NCBI RefSeq assembly: GCF_009914755.1
Contig: NC_060926.1
DNA from: the human T2T-CHM13v2.0 reference genome, Homo sapiens
DNA: 64,000 nucleotides
Reading direction: 5' to 3' (one strand)
Part shown: positions 51,409 through 64,000 of the stretch, one piece after another
Numbering within the stretch: position 1 is the first letter of the stretch
Layout of the letters: each line of letters begins with the position of its first letter
The notes under the pieces: generated by a model
The model's database searches: none
The model's input: only the letters and a program-made list of their open reading frames with translations
What the model was told of the DNA's origin: nothing
Made by a program: the position numbers and the translations under genes

Positions 51409-52439
51409 AAGAAATGGGAGGCACTGAGTTTCTGGCTCAGTTTGCTGATGCCAGAAATACAGAGATGACTGATCAGTAAAATCCACTAGAAAGTGTGTGA
51501 CAGGTTTCTTTTTCCTTATATTTTTCTTTTTTAAATACAAAAGTAATACCAGCCCACTGAAAATTTGAAAAGTATATGGCATTAAAAAGAGAAAAATAAC
51601 ATCCGATAATCCAACAAGATAAACTCTCTAAAATTTCTTTTCTCTTTTTAAATGAATATGTTAAGCTCGAAATAGAATTTTAAATTTATCTTGATGTTTT
51701 ACTCAACAACGTAGAAGCATCTTTTATGTCATTATTTTAAGTCACAACCACTTTTAGTGATGATGATTTAAAGAACCATTTGCTTTTTCCTTACTGTTCC
51801 CTGTTTTTAGATTTTTGGCTAGTGTCTAATTTTTCCCTGTTATAAATAATGCTGAGATGAACAGAATATGTAGATTTCTAATAATTTGCAAATGAACAGC
51901 ATATGAAAAACATGAGCAAAAATTTTGCAGTTATAATTACTCAACACAAGTTTTAAATAAATTACTTTTATTTTGAGCGTTCATTCTTACGTATGTTATA
52001 GGAAGTAAGTAAGAAGCATTCCTTACTCCTTAGAATTTTGTTTATAAGTTAGTGATGAATTGGAAAGGGTAGCTTGCCCCTGGAATTCTCTGATAAGCAC
52101 AGGTGATGAGGAAAATGGAGAAATCCAAGAATTCCTTTGTCTTTCCTTGAAAGTAGTCAACTTTAAGTGCAGTGCAGGCGTGCCCTCTAGCGGCCAAATA
52201 AAAAATAAAGAAATACGGGAAACCTTCAGCATTGTAACAATCGCACGTCCCCATCTAGTGGCTAACGTGTGTAAATGCAGCTTTTCTAATCACAATAACG
52301 AATGTTACTTGATTTATATGTCTCATGAGGTGAAGAGCTGGAAGGAATCTTAGAGACCATGTATTTCAACTTCCTCACGGAGTGGCATGCAGGCAGCAGC
52401 CTTGGGAACCCCGATTGCCCCTCCTCACACCTGCCCATC

Positions 52440-62950
<10,511 letters not shown>

Positions 62951-63521
62951 TAGTTCTTATTGTGTTGTTTTTAAACCTGAGTGTCATTTTAGAGTGGTAG
63001 CGGTCACTGAAGTCACAAATTTTACATTAATAAGAAGACTAACTTTTAATTATTGGGATATAGTGAGAAATATCAACACAGATCATCCCTTAGTTAGAAA
63101 AACAATTATTTGGACTGAGTAACATAAAGAACAGTGTATAGCAGGATTCATCTCTCTATATAGACATTATACACATAAAAGGCTTCTATATATAGAAAGC
63201 TCTGTATATTGATAGATGTTTGTTATTTATAGTATGATGTGGTGTTATTTACAATGTAATAATGTGATGCTTTTGATTGTATGATCTTACATTAGCTAAA
63301 GGGGTTTCATGTTAGTTTTTCATTTCTACTGTGTTTTGATGTTGCTTTTAATTGATATGGGGAGGGGGAGAAAAGATAGCTTTAAATGGATAAAACTTTA
63401 CTTTAATGAAGACAAGCTTTAGGTTCACACAGGACTGGGTTTAATCCCTAGCTTTCCCACTTGCTAGATGTGTGACCTTGGTAACATTACTTATCACCAA
63501 GTATGTTTTCTTCTGTGAAAA

Positions 63522-63909
63522 GGAGGGTAATAATATATCCTTCAAGGGTGGTTGTGTGTAAGTAACATTTTATATATATATATATAATGTTAGAATGTCC
63601 AGCTAACAGAGAAAGGTGCTGATGTTTTGGAAACAATGGCTGAGCATATAAGTATGTGCATATATTACATATACACACATATGTATGTAAGAATATAATG
63701 TAAGTAACATCATATATCATATAATATATACAATATATATTTTATAGATAATATATAATATACTATATATTATATATTTTATAGATAATATATAATATAG
63801 AATGTATATTATATATTTTATAGATTATATATAATATACAATATATATTTTATATATATGTGGTGTTACTTATACACAACCACCCTTGAAGGATATATTA
63901 TTATCCTCC
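63522..63909. repeat. 46-bp inverted repeat (63522-63567 and 63864-63909) around an AT-rich spacer, within a MIR-like element
   Basis: ggagggtaataatatatccttcaagggtggttgtgtgtaagtaaca versus its reverse complement with 2 mismatches; MIR-like 'tgtgtgaccttgg' core near 63470. Confidence 0.9.
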
Positions 63910-64000
63910 ATATACATATATTTATATATCATGTTTAATTAAATGCCTAGCACATGCTTATGAGCATCATTAACTGAAGCTACGACTACTACTATTAGCA

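Overview
Human genomic DNA (an AluYb8-type insertion is present), not prokaryotic. The window holds three genes: an intact 21-coding-exon GPAT2 on + (801 aa, assembled by hand from GT-AG exons), a FAHD2 paralogue on - with a 10-bp frameshift (consistent with FAHD2CP), and the first four exons of an ANKRD36-family gene on + (most likely ANKRD36C). From recalled annotation this is the chr2q11 segmental-duplication block, probably read as the reverse complement of the reference. The rest is retroelement-rich (two L1PA copies, about 14 Alus, LTRs, DNA transposon relics, a 7SL pseudogene). I found no evidence for a new multi-gene biological system. The best observations are local: the FAHD2 'pseudogene' keeps a 299-codon frame whose early stop lies in the last exon; several templated or inverted duplications suggest template switching (7.4-8.3 kb, 45.15 kb, 62.05 kb, 63.5-63.9 kb); one GPAT2 intron is in frame and stop-free; and there is a four-level nested insertion stack. 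Protein and repeat identities come from recalled sequences, not searches; repeat subfamilies and edges are approximate.
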